Part shown: piece by piece, positions 1 through 10,455 of the stretch | Position numbering within the stretch: position 1 is the first letter of the stretch | Layout: every line of letters begins with the position of its first letter | Source of the DNA: Methanocaldococcus sp. 28A | Lineage (GTDB): Archaea; AGJL01; Methanococci; Methanococcales; Methanocaldococcaceae | DNA: 64,000 nucleotides | Assembly: GCA_049852185.1 (NCBI GenBank) | Contig: CP187540.1 | Strand: one strand, 5' to 3' | Notes under the pieces: model-generated | The model's input: only the letters and a program-made list of their open reading frames with translations | Told to the model about the DNA's origin: nothing | The model's database searches: none | Translations under genes and position numbers: made by a program

Positions 1-128
1 GCCAATTCTTCATAACCTTCTGGAATTTCATCTTTTGATTTTGCTAATTTTACAGCAACAAATGGTTTGTCTAACATCATTAATTCCATTAATTTTTTTC
101 CATATTCTTTTATTTCATTAACGTCCAT
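1..128 (-). CDS. 5' part of a probable DUF169-family protein (runs off the window)
   Basis: ATG at 128 with AGGTGAG RBS; MDVNEIKEYGKKLMELMMLDKPFVAVKL resembles DUF169 N-termini; BRE/TATA (CGAAAAGTATATA) on the minus strand near 185-199. Confidence 0.6.
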   Translation of the reverse strand, partial: MDVNEIKEYGKKLMELMMLDKPFVAVKLAKSKDEIPEGYEEL

Positions 129-211
129 GCTCTCACCTGTGAATGGTTGTGTATGTCCTACGAACTATATGTAGTATTCCTAAGTATATATACTTTTCGA
201 TTTAATTTAGG

Positions 212-906
212 GAGGTTGTCAAGATAAGGATTAAATAAATATGTGTAAATAAAGGAAGATATGAAACTTACGATAGAAACGTTAAAAGAAAGGATTAAGA
301 AGATAGTTAAGAGGAATAAGAAGTCGATAGAGATTAAAATCTTAGCAGGAATTTTGTATTATCTGGGATTATCGTTAAGAAAGGTTAGTTTGTTTCTTTC
401 ACAGTTTGAGAGCATAAGCCATGAATCGGTTAGAATATATTACCACAAGATTAAAGATATTTTAAACGAGCCTGAAAGAAAGACAAGAAACCTAATTGCA
501 ATCGATGAAACTAAACTAAAGCTTGGAAATGAAACTATTTATGTATGGTCTGCTATCGATGTGGAGTCTAAAGAATGTTTGGGTATCTATGTCTCTAAAA
601 CAAGATTTTATCTCGATACTATGTTATTCGTAAGAAGGATATTAAAATTTTGCTCGAATAAACCAAAAATTTTGGTTGATAGTGGTAAATGGTATCCGTG
701 GGCTCTACAGAGATTAGGCTTAAAATTCGAAAGAGTTCGATTCGGTTTAAGAAATTGTGTCGAAAGTTTCTTCTCTCTACTCAAACGAAGAACCAAATCT
801 TTCTATAACCGATTCCCTAATAACTCTAAATTCTCATCTGTCATTAGTTGGCTTGAATCTTTCTCCTCTTTCTATAACTTCTTCCTTTACTTATCTTGAC
901 ATCGTC
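212..906 (+). mobile_element. IS6-family insertion sequence, apparently intact
   Basis: TIRs GAGGTTGTCAAGATAAG / CTTATCTTGACATCGTC; flanking direct repeat TAATTTAGG (203-211, 907-915); encloses the transposase. Confidence 0.92.
261..899 (+). CDS. IS6-family DDE transposase
   Basis: [21 protein letters not shown] and RNCVESFF motifs typical of IS6/IS240 transposases. Confidence 0.93.
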   Translation: MKLTIETLKERIKKIVKRNKKSIEIKILAGILYYLGLSLRKVSLFLSQFESISHESVRIYYHKIKDILNEPERKTRNLIAIDETKLKLGNETIYVWSAIDVESKECLGIYVSKTRFYLDTMLFVRRILKFCSNKPKILVDSGKWYPWALQRLGLKFERVRFGLRNCVESFFSLLKRRTKSFYNRFPNNSKFSSVISWLESFSSFYNFFLYLS

Positions 907-913
907 TAATTTA

Positions 914-1133
914 GGGTTTGGTCATAAAGTATATAATTTTTTATAATTGAGATTTAAGAACCCTAAGTTCGATTCTTGAGTAAATAAATTATTTTTATAT
1001 TCCTATTTTCCATATAGAAGTAACTTAGTTTTTATGGCTCAAATAGTATTATAAACTATGACTTTACAGTATATTTCGTGTAATATTGCGTTGTAATTTT
1101 TACATGACTATGTATATTAGCCTCAAATACTCT
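914..1133 (-). mobile_element. Right-end fragment of an IS5-like element
   Basis: Reverse-complement similarity to about 42555-42780, including the terminus G(A/G)GTTTGGTCATAAA. Confidence 0.75.
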
Positions 1134-1134
1134 T

Positions 1135-1236
1135 AGGATTTTCGCACCAATATTATTCCATAAATAAAATAAAAAATATTATCTCTACATTCAAACAGTT
1201 ATACCTTTTAATATTTATATACCTGCGAAAGGCTCA
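1135..1236. repeat. Degenerate MITE of the AGGACTTTCGCAG family
   Basis: TAGGATTTTCGCAC...CCTGCGAAAGGCTC matches the ends of the 40739-40825 element. Confidence 0.55.
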
Positions 1237-1356
1237 CAATTATATGGTAATTATAGAAGTAGCAAAAGGTAGTTTAGGAAGAATAAAGTTGTTAAAAAAT
1301 AGAGAGGAGTTTCTTTAATATCTGTGCAGTTTGTATAGGAGAGTAATTGTGAATAT

Positions 1357-1577
1357 CCGTTTCCTATTACCATATCGTATTATAGTATAAATAACATATA
1401 ATAACTTACGGCTATGAAAATGTGTTGTCCTCAACCCATAGCTTCATCAAGATTACAAATCTCTCTGCTGTGGGTTCATTGGACTTCGAGCTGAACGGAT
1501 ACATCCCACAAACATTATATTATTAAATTATGTTAGCCTCGAAGGCAATGCCCTCTCATCAGCCAATAAATTAATTA
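1357..1577 (-). ncRNA. Structured-RNA mini-element copy 1 (omega-RNA/HgcC-like), truncated by the ISH3-like IS
   Basis: About 150 bp nearly identical to 30780-30940; K-turn hairpin at 1533-1566; terminus GGAAACGG at 1357. Confidence 0.7.
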
Positions 1578-2773
1578 CAGTATCTACGAATATGCACTAT
1601 GTATGCACAACCAGATATTACACATAACCACATTTAAATAATCGAATTTATTTAATAACTTACATATTTCGACGATGAAGAATTTTAAAGAAATACATTC
1701 TTTTTTATTACGAATTTTAATCCAAAAGTTATGAATAACGCATTTAAGCATAAAAAGGAACAACCTAACTTTTAAAGAGGTTGATTTCGTTTTTATAACT
1801 GCATCTTTAAGCATTTTAAATCGTGTTTCAATATTCCATCGTTTTTTATACATTTTTATGTAAGATTCTTGATTTTCAAAGTTGATATTAGTTAAAAAGG
1901 TATAATATACCTTTTTTCTTTCGTTGTTTGTAATTATTTCGTCCTCAGCAATAACTAATTTAGGAATAGTATTTTTATCGATAACATAATCGAATTTCCA
2001 TTTTTCTTCTTTTTTATATTCCTCCTTAAGATAGTATTTAACTTTATCATTTTTCGGAATAAAGCTTATGTAATTACATCCGTATTTTTCAAAAATTTTT
2101 ATTATTTCAAAATTTTTAAACTCTCTATCGGTAAGTACTACAATATTACATGGATTTATTTCTAAATCGTTAATAGTAAAGTCCATAAATTCCTTCACAT
2201 GATTAAGCAACGAATATTCCTTAAAAAGAATATCACAATAGATTATTAACGAAAAATCTTCTGTATGTAAAGTAGCACTATATATTTATACGAACCAGTA
2301 CTGCCCCTCTCTTTTATATATTCGTGAATTAATTCTAAATCTAAATTATTACCATAATAGGCATCATAATGCGTATCTATCGATAGGCAAAAATTTCTAT
2401 TATTTTTTTTAAATCATTGAATATATTTTTAACAAAAGATTTATAAATTTCTTTAAACATAGAATTACCTGCCTTATTTATATATCGATAGTAAGAGTCT
2501 GCCGATGGATAATTTAGCCTTGCTAATGGTCTCTAAATATGTATTATATTATTCGACATCGCCTCTATAAATCCTCTTGTATAATCTTCAACTCGATAAA
2601 TCCTTGGACAAATTTGAAGAACATTGTTTATGAATTCGTTAAATTCATTAAATGATTTTATAGCTAACAATCTTATGTCGTTCATTGTTCTACATCCTCC
2701 TATTTTTTTAATAACTATTCGATATTATGAAATATTAACTTTTCTGTTTATTTTATGATGTTCGGAGATACTG
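1578..2773 (-). mobile_element. ISH3/IS4-like insertion sequence with a frameshifted transposase
   Basis: TIRs CAGTATCTACGAA / TTCGGAGATACTG, TA on both flanks; related copies at 25767 and 49347. Confidence 0.88.
1584..2685 (-). pseudogene. IS4/ISH3-type DDE transposase pseudogene
   Basis: ATG 2685 with GGAGGA RBS, 5' half broken; C-terminal ORF 1584-2210 has LTDREF and YKKRWNIETRFKMLK (YREK-type motif). Confidence 0.85.
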
Positions 2774-2834
2774 TATTCTATCTCTATTATAAAAAATTAT
2801 ATACCTTATAACCAAATTAATATAAGGGATTATT

Positions 2835-5291
2835 ATGACTAACTTAACTCCAATGATGAGGCAATATTATAAAATTAAAGAAAGATATAAAGATGCATTA
2901 CTATTTTTCAGAGTTGGAGATTTCTACGAGCTTTTTGATGAAGATGCAAAAATCGCCTCTAAAGAGCTTGGTATTGTTTTAACATCAAGAGATAAAAAGC
3001 ACCCCATGGCTGGTGTTCCTCATCATGCAGTATTCCCATATATAAAGAGGTTGATAGAGAGGGGTTATACTGTAGCTATATGTGAGCAGGTTGAAGACCC
3101 TTCAAAAGCTAAAGGTTTAGTTAAAAGGGATGTTGTTAGAGTTATAACTCCAGGAACATTAATTGAAGAAGAGCTATTAACTAAGGAGAATAATTATCTT
3201 ATTTCAATATATAAAGGCTGTAAGTTTGGAATTGCATTAATTGATGTATCTACTGGGGAATTTTTAACTACAACTGTAGATAGTTTTGATGAAGTTATAG
3301 CTGAAATATTAAAATTCACTCCAGTTGAATGTATACTACCAAAAGATTTTGAGAATTTGGAAGAAATAAAAAAACATATTCCTGTAGTTCATCCATTAAG
3401 TGATGATTATTACAAAAAAGAAAATAGCTTAAATCTACTTGAAGAATGTATTACTAATTTAAAAAGCTTGGAACTTGAAAATGAATCTATAATGGCTTGT
3501 GGTGCTGCATTGAAGTATATTAAAGAATCTTTAATGATAAAGGAGCTTAAATTTAGATTGCAGAAATATATTAGCAAAGAATATATGATATTAGACTCCA
3601 CTACTTTGAAAAATCTTGAGATATTTAAAAACTTAATTGATAATAGTAGAAGAGGCTCTTTAATTGAGGTTTTAGATAAAACAATGACTGCGATGGGAAG
3701 TAGGTTATTAAAAAGATGGCTACAAAGACCTTTAATAAATGTAGATGAGATAGATAAAAGATTGGAAGCTGTTGAAGAACTCTATGAAAAGAGTTTTTTA
3801 AGGCAAAATCTTAGAGAGATTTTAAAAGATGTTTATGACCTTGAGAGGATAGTAAGTAGAATAGAGTATAAAAAAGCCACACCAAAGGATTTAATAGCTT
3901 TAAAAAATTCTTTAAAAGCCATTGAAGAAATAAAAAACTTTAACTTTACTTCTACAAAATTAAATATAATTGTTGAAGAACTAAAAACATTAAATGACAT
4001 TGTAGAGCTTATAGATAGTGCTATAGTGGAAGACCCTCCATTAAGTATAAAAGATGGAGGGATAATTAAAGAGGGCTTTTCCTATGAGTTGGATGAGTTA
4101 AGAGAACTTAAAGACAACCACGAGAAATTCATTAAAGAGCTTGAAGAAAGAGAAAGAAAGGCAACGGGCATAGAAAAATTAAAGATTGGTTATAACTCTG
4201 TTATGGGATATTACATAGAGGTGCCAAAATCAAAAATTAAGTTAGTTCCAAAACATTATAAGAGAAAGCAAACCTTAGCTAACACTGAGAGATATACTAT
4301 AGATGAGCTTGAGTCAATGGAAACTAAAATATTAGCGTGTGAGGAAAAAATAAAAAATTTAGAGTATGAACTCTTTATAAATATTAGAAATAAAATAGCT
4401 GAGAGAGTTGATGAGATAAGAGATTGTGCTTTAAAAATAGCTGAACTTGATGTATTATCTACATTTGCAGAAGTTTCTGTTCTATATAATTACAAAAAAC
4501 CAAAAGTAAATAATGGCTATGATATAATTATAAAGGATGGAAGACATCCTACTGTTGAATTAACAGTTAAATTTACTCCAAATGATGTTACATTAACGAG
4601 AGATAGTAGGATAATATTAATAACCGGCCCTAATATGGCTGGTAAATCCACATATTTAAGAATGACAGCTCTAATAACAATAATGGCACAAATTGGATGT
4701 TTTGTTCCTGCAAAATATGCAGTTATAGGGGTTGTAGATAGGATATTCACAAGAATTGGAACTGTGGATGATATTACAAGAGGTTATAGTAGTTTTATGG
4801 TAGAGATTGCTGAAGTAGGACAAATATTAAGAAATGCAACGAGCAAGAGCTTAATACTATTGGATGAAGTTGGTAAAAGCACAGGAAGTAGAGATGGTAC
4901 AAGTTTGGCATGGGCTATTGTGGAATATATACACAAAATAGGAGCTAAGACATTATTTGCTACCCATTATCATGAATTAGCAGAGCTTGAGAGCTTATTA
5001 GAAGGAGTTAAAAATTACCACTTTAGAATTATAGAGGGAGAAACATTAGAGTTTGATAGAAAGATAAGGAGAGGAGTTAGTAAGGAGAGCTATGGAATAA
5101 AGATAGCTGAGTTAGTTCTACCTAAAGAAGTAGTTGATAGAGCTTATGAAATATATAAAACCTTAGATACTAAGGTAGATAATAGCATAATCAAAGAAAT
5201 TGCCAATATAGATACAAATAATTTAACTCCAATACAAGCTCTTATAGAGTTAGATAGAATAGTGAAAAAATGCAAGGAAATGAAACACTAA
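2835..5291 (+). CDS. mutS: DNA mismatch repair protein MutS (MutS1 type)
   Basis: TPMMRQY and GDFYELF mismatch-binding motifs, Walker A GPNMAGKS, LILLDEVG, FATHYHEL, SYGI, C-terminal LTPIQAL helix. Confidence 0.97.
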   Translation: MTNLTPMMRQYYKIKERYKDALLFFRVGDFYELFDEDAKIASKELGIVLTSRDKKHPMAGVPHHAVFPYIKRLIERGYTVAICEQVEDPSKAKGLVKRDVVRVITPGTLIEEELLTKENNYLISIYKGCKFGIALIDVSTGEFLTTTVDSFDEVIAEILKFTPVECILPKDFENLEEIKKHIPVVHPLSDDYYKKENSLNLLEECITNLKSLELENESIMACGAALKYIKESLMIKELKFRLQKYISKEYMILDSTTLKNLEIFKNLIDNSRRGSLIEVLDKTMTAMGSRLLKRWLQRPLINVDEIDKRLEAVEELYEKSFLRQNLREILKDVYDLERIVSRIEYKKATPKDLIALKNSLKAIEEIKNFNFTSTKLNIIVEELKTLNDIVELIDSAIVEDPPLSIKDGGIIKEGFSYELDELRELKDNHEKFIKELEERERKATGIEKLKIGYNSVMGYYIEVPKSKIKLVPKHYKRKQTLANTERYTIDELESMETKILACEEKIKNLEYELFINIRNKIAERVDEIRDCALKIAELDVLSTFAEVSVLYNYKKPKVNNGYDIIIKDGRHPTVELTVKFTPNDVTLTRDSRIILITGPNMAGKSTYLRMTALITIMAQIGCFVPAKYAVIGVVDRIFTRIGTVDDITRGYSSFMVEIAEVGQILRNATSKSLILLDEVGKSTGSRDGTSLAWAIVEYIHKIGAKTLFATHYHELAELESLLEGVKNYHFRIIEGETLEFDRKIRRGVSKESYGIKIAELVLPKEVVDRAYEIYKTLDTKVDNSIIKEIANIDTNNLTPIQALIELDRIVKKCKEMKH

Positions 5292-5773
5292 AAAATAAAA
5301 TATTGGATATAATAAAAGAGCTTGAATATATAAATAAAAAACTAAACAGTAAGGCAATAGATAAAGCTATAGAAAATTTAAAAATAGCCATATATGGGGA
5401 TAAAGTAGGAGCTGAAGGATTCTATCATAGCTATATTAGAGAGAAGTTATTGGAGATATTTAAAGGCAATCAATATATTGAATCTTTAGGAACTAAACTT
5501 TCTAATTTAGGTTTTAGACCAGATTTAGTAATTATAAATGATAAAGAGGTTATAATTGCAGAAATAGAAACAGATAAAAAAAGAGCAATAGATAAAATGA
5601 GAAAAATAGCAAATTTAATAGATAATATAAAAAAACATCCTATTGCAACAAATAGAGACGTTAAAATAATATTTTGCTTATTATCTGCAGATAGCAAAAT
5701 TATAAATAAAGCCAAAATGTATGGTTTTGAACTCTTTGTTTTAGATAAAGGTAGATTGAAAAAATTATGCTAA
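5270..5773 (+). CDS. Hypothetical protein with a PD-(D/E)XK-like nuclease motif
   Basis: Overlaps the mutS stop by 22 nt; FRPDLVII...IIAEIETDK pattern. Confidence 0.65.
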   Translation: MQGNETLKNKILDIIKELEYINKKLNSKAIDKAIENLKIAIYGDKVGAEGFYHSYIREKLLEIFKGNQYIESLGTKLSNLGFRPDLVIINDKEVIIAEIETDKKRAIDKMRKIANLIDNIKKHPIATNRDVKIIFCLLSADSKIINKAKMYGFELFVLDKGRLKKLC

Positions 5774-5856
5774 TTTTTTATTATTTTTAATTTTTCAAAT
5801 ATTTTTATAATCAAATATATTGAATATAATATTTTTGACACAATTATACACAAAAC

Positions 5857-5872
5857 CGAAAAGTTTATATAG
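5857..5872 (+). promoter_or_regulatory. BRE/TATA promoter of the thermosome gene
   Basis: CGAAAAGTTTATATAG, about 55 nt upstream of ATG 5925. Confidence 0.6.
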
Positions 5873-5924
5873 AATTTCATTAACATATATATACCGAATA
5901 AGGTAACAACCTGAGGTGAGAGAC

Positions 5925-7553
5925 ATGGCAATGGCAGGAACTCCAATAGTAGTATTACCACAAAATGTTAAGAGATACGTTGGAAGAGATGCTCAAAGAA
6001 TGAACATATTAGCAGGTAGAATTATTGCTGAGACAGTAAGAACAACATTAGGTCCAAAAGGAATGGACAAAATGTTAGTTGATGAGTTAGGAGACATTGT
6101 TGTTACAAACGATGGAGTTACAATATTAAAAGAAATGAGCGTTGAGCACCCAGCTGCTAAGATGTTAATAGAAGTTGCTAAAACACAAGAGAAAGAAGTT
6201 GGAGATGGTACAACAACAGCAGTTGTTATTGCTGGAGAGTTATTAAGAAAGGCTGAAGAGTTATTAGACCAAAACATCCACCCATCAGTTATCATCAATG
6301 GATACGAAATGGCAAGAAACAAATCAATTGAAGAATTAAAAGCTATAGCTAAAGAGATAAAAGCTGATGATACAGAAATGTTAAAGAAAATTGCAATGAC
6401 ATCAATTACTGGAAAAGGAGCAGAGAAAGCAAGAGAACAATTAGCTGAAATCGTTGTTGAAGCTGTTAGAGCTGTTGTTGATGAAGAAACAGGAAAAGTT
6501 GATAAAGACTTAATTAAAGTTGAGAAGAAAGAAGGAGCTCCAATTGAAGAAACTAAGTTAATAAAAGGAGTAGTTATTGACAAAGAGAGAGTCAATCCAC
6601 AAATGCCAAAGAGAGTTGAAAACGCTAAAATTGCATTATTAAACTGCCCAATTGAAGTCAAAGAGACAGAAACAGATGCTGAAATAAGAATTACTGACCC
6701 AGCTAAATTAATGGAGTTTATTGAGCAAGAAGAGAAAATGATTAAAGACATGGTTGAGAAGATTGCTGCTACAGGAGCTAATGTTGTCTTCTGTCAAAAA
6801 GGAATTGATGACTTAGCTCAGCACTACTTAGCTAAGAAAGGAATTTTAGCAGTAAGAAGAGTTAAGAAATCAGACATGGAGAAATTAGCTAAAGCAACAG
6901 GAGCAAAAATCATTACAAAGATTGATGACTTAACACCAGAAGATTTAGGAGAAGCTGGATTAGTTGAAGAGAGAAAAGTTGCTGGAGATGCAATGATATT
7001 CGTTGAGCAGTGTAAACATCCAAAAGCTGTAACAATCTTAGCAAGAGGTTCAACAGAGCATGTTGTTGAAGAAGTTGCAAGAGCTATAGATGATGCAATT
7101 GGAGTAGTTAAGTGTGCATTAGAAGAAGGTAAGATTGTTGCTGGTGGAGGAGCTACTGAAATAGAATTAGCTAAGAGATTAAGAAAATTCGCTGAAACCG
7201 TTGCTGGAAGAGAACAATTAGCAGTTAAGGCATTTGCTGATGCTTTAGAAGTCATTCCAAGAACATTAGCTGAGAACTCAGGATTAGACCCAATTGACAT
7301 GCTCGTTAAGTTAAGAGCTGCTCACGAGAAAGAAGGAGGAGAAGTTTACGGATTAGATGTCTTCGAAGGAGAAGTTGTTAACATGTTAGAAAAAGGAATT
7401 GTTGAACCATTAAAAGTTAAAACACAAGCAATTGACTCTGCTACAGAAGCTTCAATCATGCTCTTAAGAATTGATGATGTCATTGCTGCTGAGAAAGTTA
7501 AAGGAGACGAGAAAGGAGGAGAAAGTGGAGACATGGGAGGTGACGAATTTTAA
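5925..7553 (+). CDS. ths: Thermosome (group II chaperonin) subunit
   Basis: GPKGMDK and GDGTTT motifs; GAGGTGA RBS favours ATG 5925. Confidence 0.97.
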   Translation: MAMAGTPIVVLPQNVKRYVGRDAQRMNILAGRIIAETVRTTLGPKGMDKMLVDELGDIVVTNDGVTILKEMSVEHPAAKMLIEVAKTQEKEVGDGTTTAVVIAGELLRKAEELLDQNIHPSVIINGYEMARNKSIEELKAIAKEIKADDTEMLKKIAMTSITGKGAEKAREQLAEIVVEAVRAVVDEETGKVDKDLIKVEKKEGAPIEETKLIKGVVIDKERVNPQMPKRVENAKIALLNCPIEVKETETDAEIRITDPAKLMEFIEQEEKMIKDMVEKIAATGANVVFCQKGIDDLAQHYLAKKGILAVRRVKKSDMEKLAKATGAKIITKIDDLTPEDLGEAGLVEERKVAGDAMIFVEQCKHPKAVTILARGSTEHVVEEVARAIDDAIGVVKCALEEGKIVAGGGATEIELAKRLRKFAETVAGREQLAVKAFADALEVIPRTLAENSGLDPIDMLVKLRAAHEKEGGEVYGLDVFEGEVVNMLEKGIVEPLKVKTQAIDSATEASIMLLRIDDVIAAEKVKGDEKGGESGDMGGDEF

Positions 7554-7701
7554 CACCTTCGAATAAATAACCCTTAATTTCTAAAATTTTCATTTTTTTA
7601 TTCCAATTAAAATCTATAAATTTAAATTAACAAATTTTAGAGTATATTTTTAGCATCTTCAAATAGGCAGTCCATTAAAACAAGGATGATTATAAAAAAA
7701 T

Positions 7702-7741
7702 GGGGAGTATCCCAATAAAGGGGCTCCGCCCCTCTATGGTT
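7702..7741. repeat. REP-like palindromic repeat (GGGGAGTATCCCAATA...GGGGC-N3-GCCCCTCTATGG)
   Basis: Same unit at 54838-54878, inverted at 54737-54770, degenerate at about 12002-12028. Confidence 0.8.
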
Positions 7742-9095
7742 AGGAAACAGTAGCTATTGTCCTAACACATCCTCCCCCATCTCCAACAGGAACACTCTGC
7801 CCATATTTTCCACAGTAACCAACACTCAGCTTGAAATCCTTTGTAATCGCATCCACTTTAAATAATATATCTAATATTTCCCCACTTAATCCAGCATCTT
7901 TTAAAACTTGAGTTAATTTACCATTTTCAATTAAATATGCTTCAACAGCACTAAATTGGAACAAACCTTTTCCTGTATTAACTTGCCCTCCTCTTGAACC
8001 TTTCAAAAATATTCCCTCTTTTGTATCTTCCAAAAGCTCTTCAAAGCTCCAATCTCCTGGTTTTATAAATGTATTACTCATCCTTACAATTGGTTTGTTT
8101 AAGCCTTCAGCTCTACCATTTCCTGTTAGCTCAGCATCCATTCTTCCAGCGGTTTCTCTTGAATGTAAATATGTTTTTAAAATTCCATTCTTAATGATAA
8201 CTGTTCTTTTTCCTTCAACTCCCTCATCATCATATTTGTAAGAGCCGAATGCATCTTTAACTGTAGGGTCATCTATAACTGTAACATACTCGCTCCCAAC
8301 ACTTTCTCCTAATTTATCCTTAAATACACTATCATTTTGTAAAACCAAATCTGCCTCTGAAGCATGTCCAACAGCTTCATGTATAAAGACTCCAGCCAAC
8401 TCAGGGTCTAAAATCACTTTAAATTTGCCTTTTGGACAAGGTTTTGCTTTCAGTAATCTTAAAGCTCTATTTTTTGCTTCTAAAGCTAAATTTAAATAAT
8501 TATCTTTTATTTTCTCAAATCCAAAGCCACCAGTCCTTTCTGCTCCATATTGCAAGTTTCCATTTTCTTTAGCAACACAGTTCATATACATTATGCATCT
8601 TGTTATTTTTCCTTCAATTCTTGAACCTTCGCTGTTTAAAAATATTTTTTTTCCAAAAACATCAGAATAGCTAACAGAAATACTTTTAATCTTTTCATCA
8701 ATCATATTTTTGTAAGTGTCTATAATAATCTCTTTCTTTTCTTCAATATCAACATTATTAGGATTTATTTTTCCAACCATTGTATAGCTATCAATTATTG
8801 CTTTATAATCTTTCAATATAACATCTTTTTCTGAATATTCATTTGAGATTTTAGCCATCTTATATGCCTTATTTATTAGTTTTTCAATCTCCACGTCATT
8901 TACGATATTTGATGTAACAAATCCCCAACCATTTTTGTATAGAACTCTAACCGCTACACCATTTCCAAAACCTGATGACATTTCTTCTATTTTACCATCT
9001 TTCAATGTTATGGTGTTGCTTTCTCCAAAGTTTATTCTTATATCTGCATAATCTCCAACTTCTAACAATTTTTCTATTTTTTCTAAGTTAAGCAT
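7740..9095 (-). CDS. tldD: TldD-family metalloprotease
   Basis: HEAVGH motif, PIVRMSNT, CGKYGQSVPVGDGG. Confidence 0.92.
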   Translation of the reverse strand: MLNLEKIEKLLEVGDYADIRINFGESNTITLKDGKIEEMSSGFGNGVAVRVLYKNGWGFVTSNIVNDVEIEKLINKAYKMAKISNEYSEKDVILKDYKAIIDSYTMVGKINPNNVDIEEKKEIIIDTYKNMIDEKIKSISVSYSDVFGKKIFLNSEGSRIEGKITRCIMYMNCVAKENGNLQYGAERTGGFGFEKIKDNYLNLALEAKNRALRLLKAKPCPKGKFKVILDPELAGVFIHEAVGHASEADLVLQNDSVFKDKLGESVGSEYVTVIDDPTVKDAFGSYKYDDEGVEGKRTVIIKNGILKTYLHSRETAGRMDAELTGNGRAEGLNKPIVRMSNTFIKPGDWSFEELLEDTKEGIFLKGSRGGQVNTGKGLFQFSAVEAYLIENGKLTQVLKDAGLSGEILDILFKVDAITKDFKLSVGYCGKYGQSVPVGDGGGCVRTIATVS

Positions 9096-9344
9096 GCTAT
9101 CACCAAGGACATAAATGTTGACTTTAAGATATTTTATTTATTATTAAGAAGGTAGATATAGATATATTGAAAAAGATAGTGTTATTATTTTTGATATTTG
9201 ATAATAAATATACTACCAATTGTAATCTTAGGGTTATATGGGAAGAGCTGAGAATGTTGAGGAAGTTGTATAAAATTCTCCATTTAAAGAATTTAAATAT
9301 AGACCATAAAACGCTAATATAATATAAATTATAATATAAATAAT

Positions 9345-9640
9345 AGGTTGAGACTATAAGAGAAATAAAGATTAAATAAATATCTGTAAATAAAGAAAGA
9401 GATGAATCTTATTATAGAAATGTTAAAGGAAGGATTAAGAAGATATTAAGAGGAATTAAAAGTCGATAGAGATTAAAATTTTAGCTGAAATTTTGTATTA
9501 TTTAGGATTATCGTTAAGAAAAGTTTGTCTCTTTCACAGTTTTAGAGTATAAGTCATGAATCGGTTAAATTTTTAACAATCATTAATTGACTCGAATCTT
9601 TCTCCACTCCATATAATTGGCTCCTATCCTTATCTTAATA
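9345..9640 (+). mobile_element. Degenerate, internally deleted IS6 remnant
   Basis: Similar to IS6 positions about 225-430 joined to an IS6 3'-end-like sequence; no intact ORF. Confidence 0.8.
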
Positions 9641-9803
9641 TCAATAAATGTAGGAGATATTATTTAATAAAAATACTTTATTTACAACTTTATTTTAAAT
9701 ATTTAAAGATTCAAGAGAAATAACTTTTTTTTGTGAAATATTTCAAATTAATTATAATTATAACACACCGTAATAATCTATACAAAAATCTAAAAGTGAT
9801 ACC

Positions 9804-10454
9804 ATGATATTCATCACAGGAACAGATACTGGTGTAGGAAAAACTTATGTTTCAGCTATTTTAGCAAAGAATTTGAAAAAAATGGGTATTAATGTTGGAT
9901 ATTTAAAGCCAGTTGAGACTGGAGGGAGGGAAGATACTTTAACTTTAAAAAATGTCTTAAAGAATGATGATGACTTGGATTTGATGAATCCAATAAATTT
10001 AAAACTACCTTTATCTCCAAATATTGCTTTTGATGTTGAAAATGTTCATTTAACTTTAGATGAGATAAAAGAGAAAATAATGAATGCCTATAAAACTTTA
10101 AAAAACAAATATGATTTTTTAATTGTTGAAGGAGCAGGAGGGGTTTGCGTCCCTATCAAAGAAAACTTTTTAATGAGTGATTTGATTAAGTTTTTGGATT
10201 TAGATGCAGTTGTAGTTTCAAGACCTAATTTAGGGACTATAAATCATACATTATTAACTGTTGAGCATTTGAGGAATAAAAATATCAATGTTAGAGGAAT
10301 TATTATTAATTGCATAACTGATTTGAGTGAAGTTTTATATTATGAAAAAACATTTGAAACTATTGAAAAAGTTGGTGATATTGAGATAATTGGAATTGTC
10401 AAAAATAAAGAAGATTTTGAGATTAACTTTGAAAAAATATTATTTGGTGAATAA
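9804..10454 (+). CDS. bioD: Dethiobiotin synthetase
   Basis: ITGTDTGVGKT, KPVETG, VEGAGG, GTINHT. Confidence 0.96.
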   Translation: MIFITGTDTGVGKTYVSAILAKNLKKMGINVGYLKPVETGGREDTLTLKNVLKNDDDLDLMNPINLKLPLSPNIAFDVENVHLTLDEIKEKIMNAYKTLKNKYDFLIVEGAGGVCVPIKENFLMSDLIKFLDLDAVVVSRPNLGTINHTLLTVEHLRNKNINVRGIIINCITDLSEVLYYEKTFETIEKVGDIEIIGIVKNKEDFEINFEKILFGE

Positions 10455-10455
10455 A

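Noticed and set aside
1245-1319. Short ORF MVIIEVAKGSLGRIKLLKNREEFL
   Set aside because: Could be a gene fragment but too short to assign
5993-7534. Long antisense ORFs opposite the thermosome (and similar ones opposite hcgF, aroB', the antiporter and others)
   Set aside because: Shadow ORFs from codon bias; Ser/Ile/Phe-rich with no motifs
8370-8396. Partial match of CRISPR spacer 1 to tldD (shared ACTCCAGC and CATG)
   Set aside because: Only an 8-nt contiguous match with many mismatches; consistent with chance
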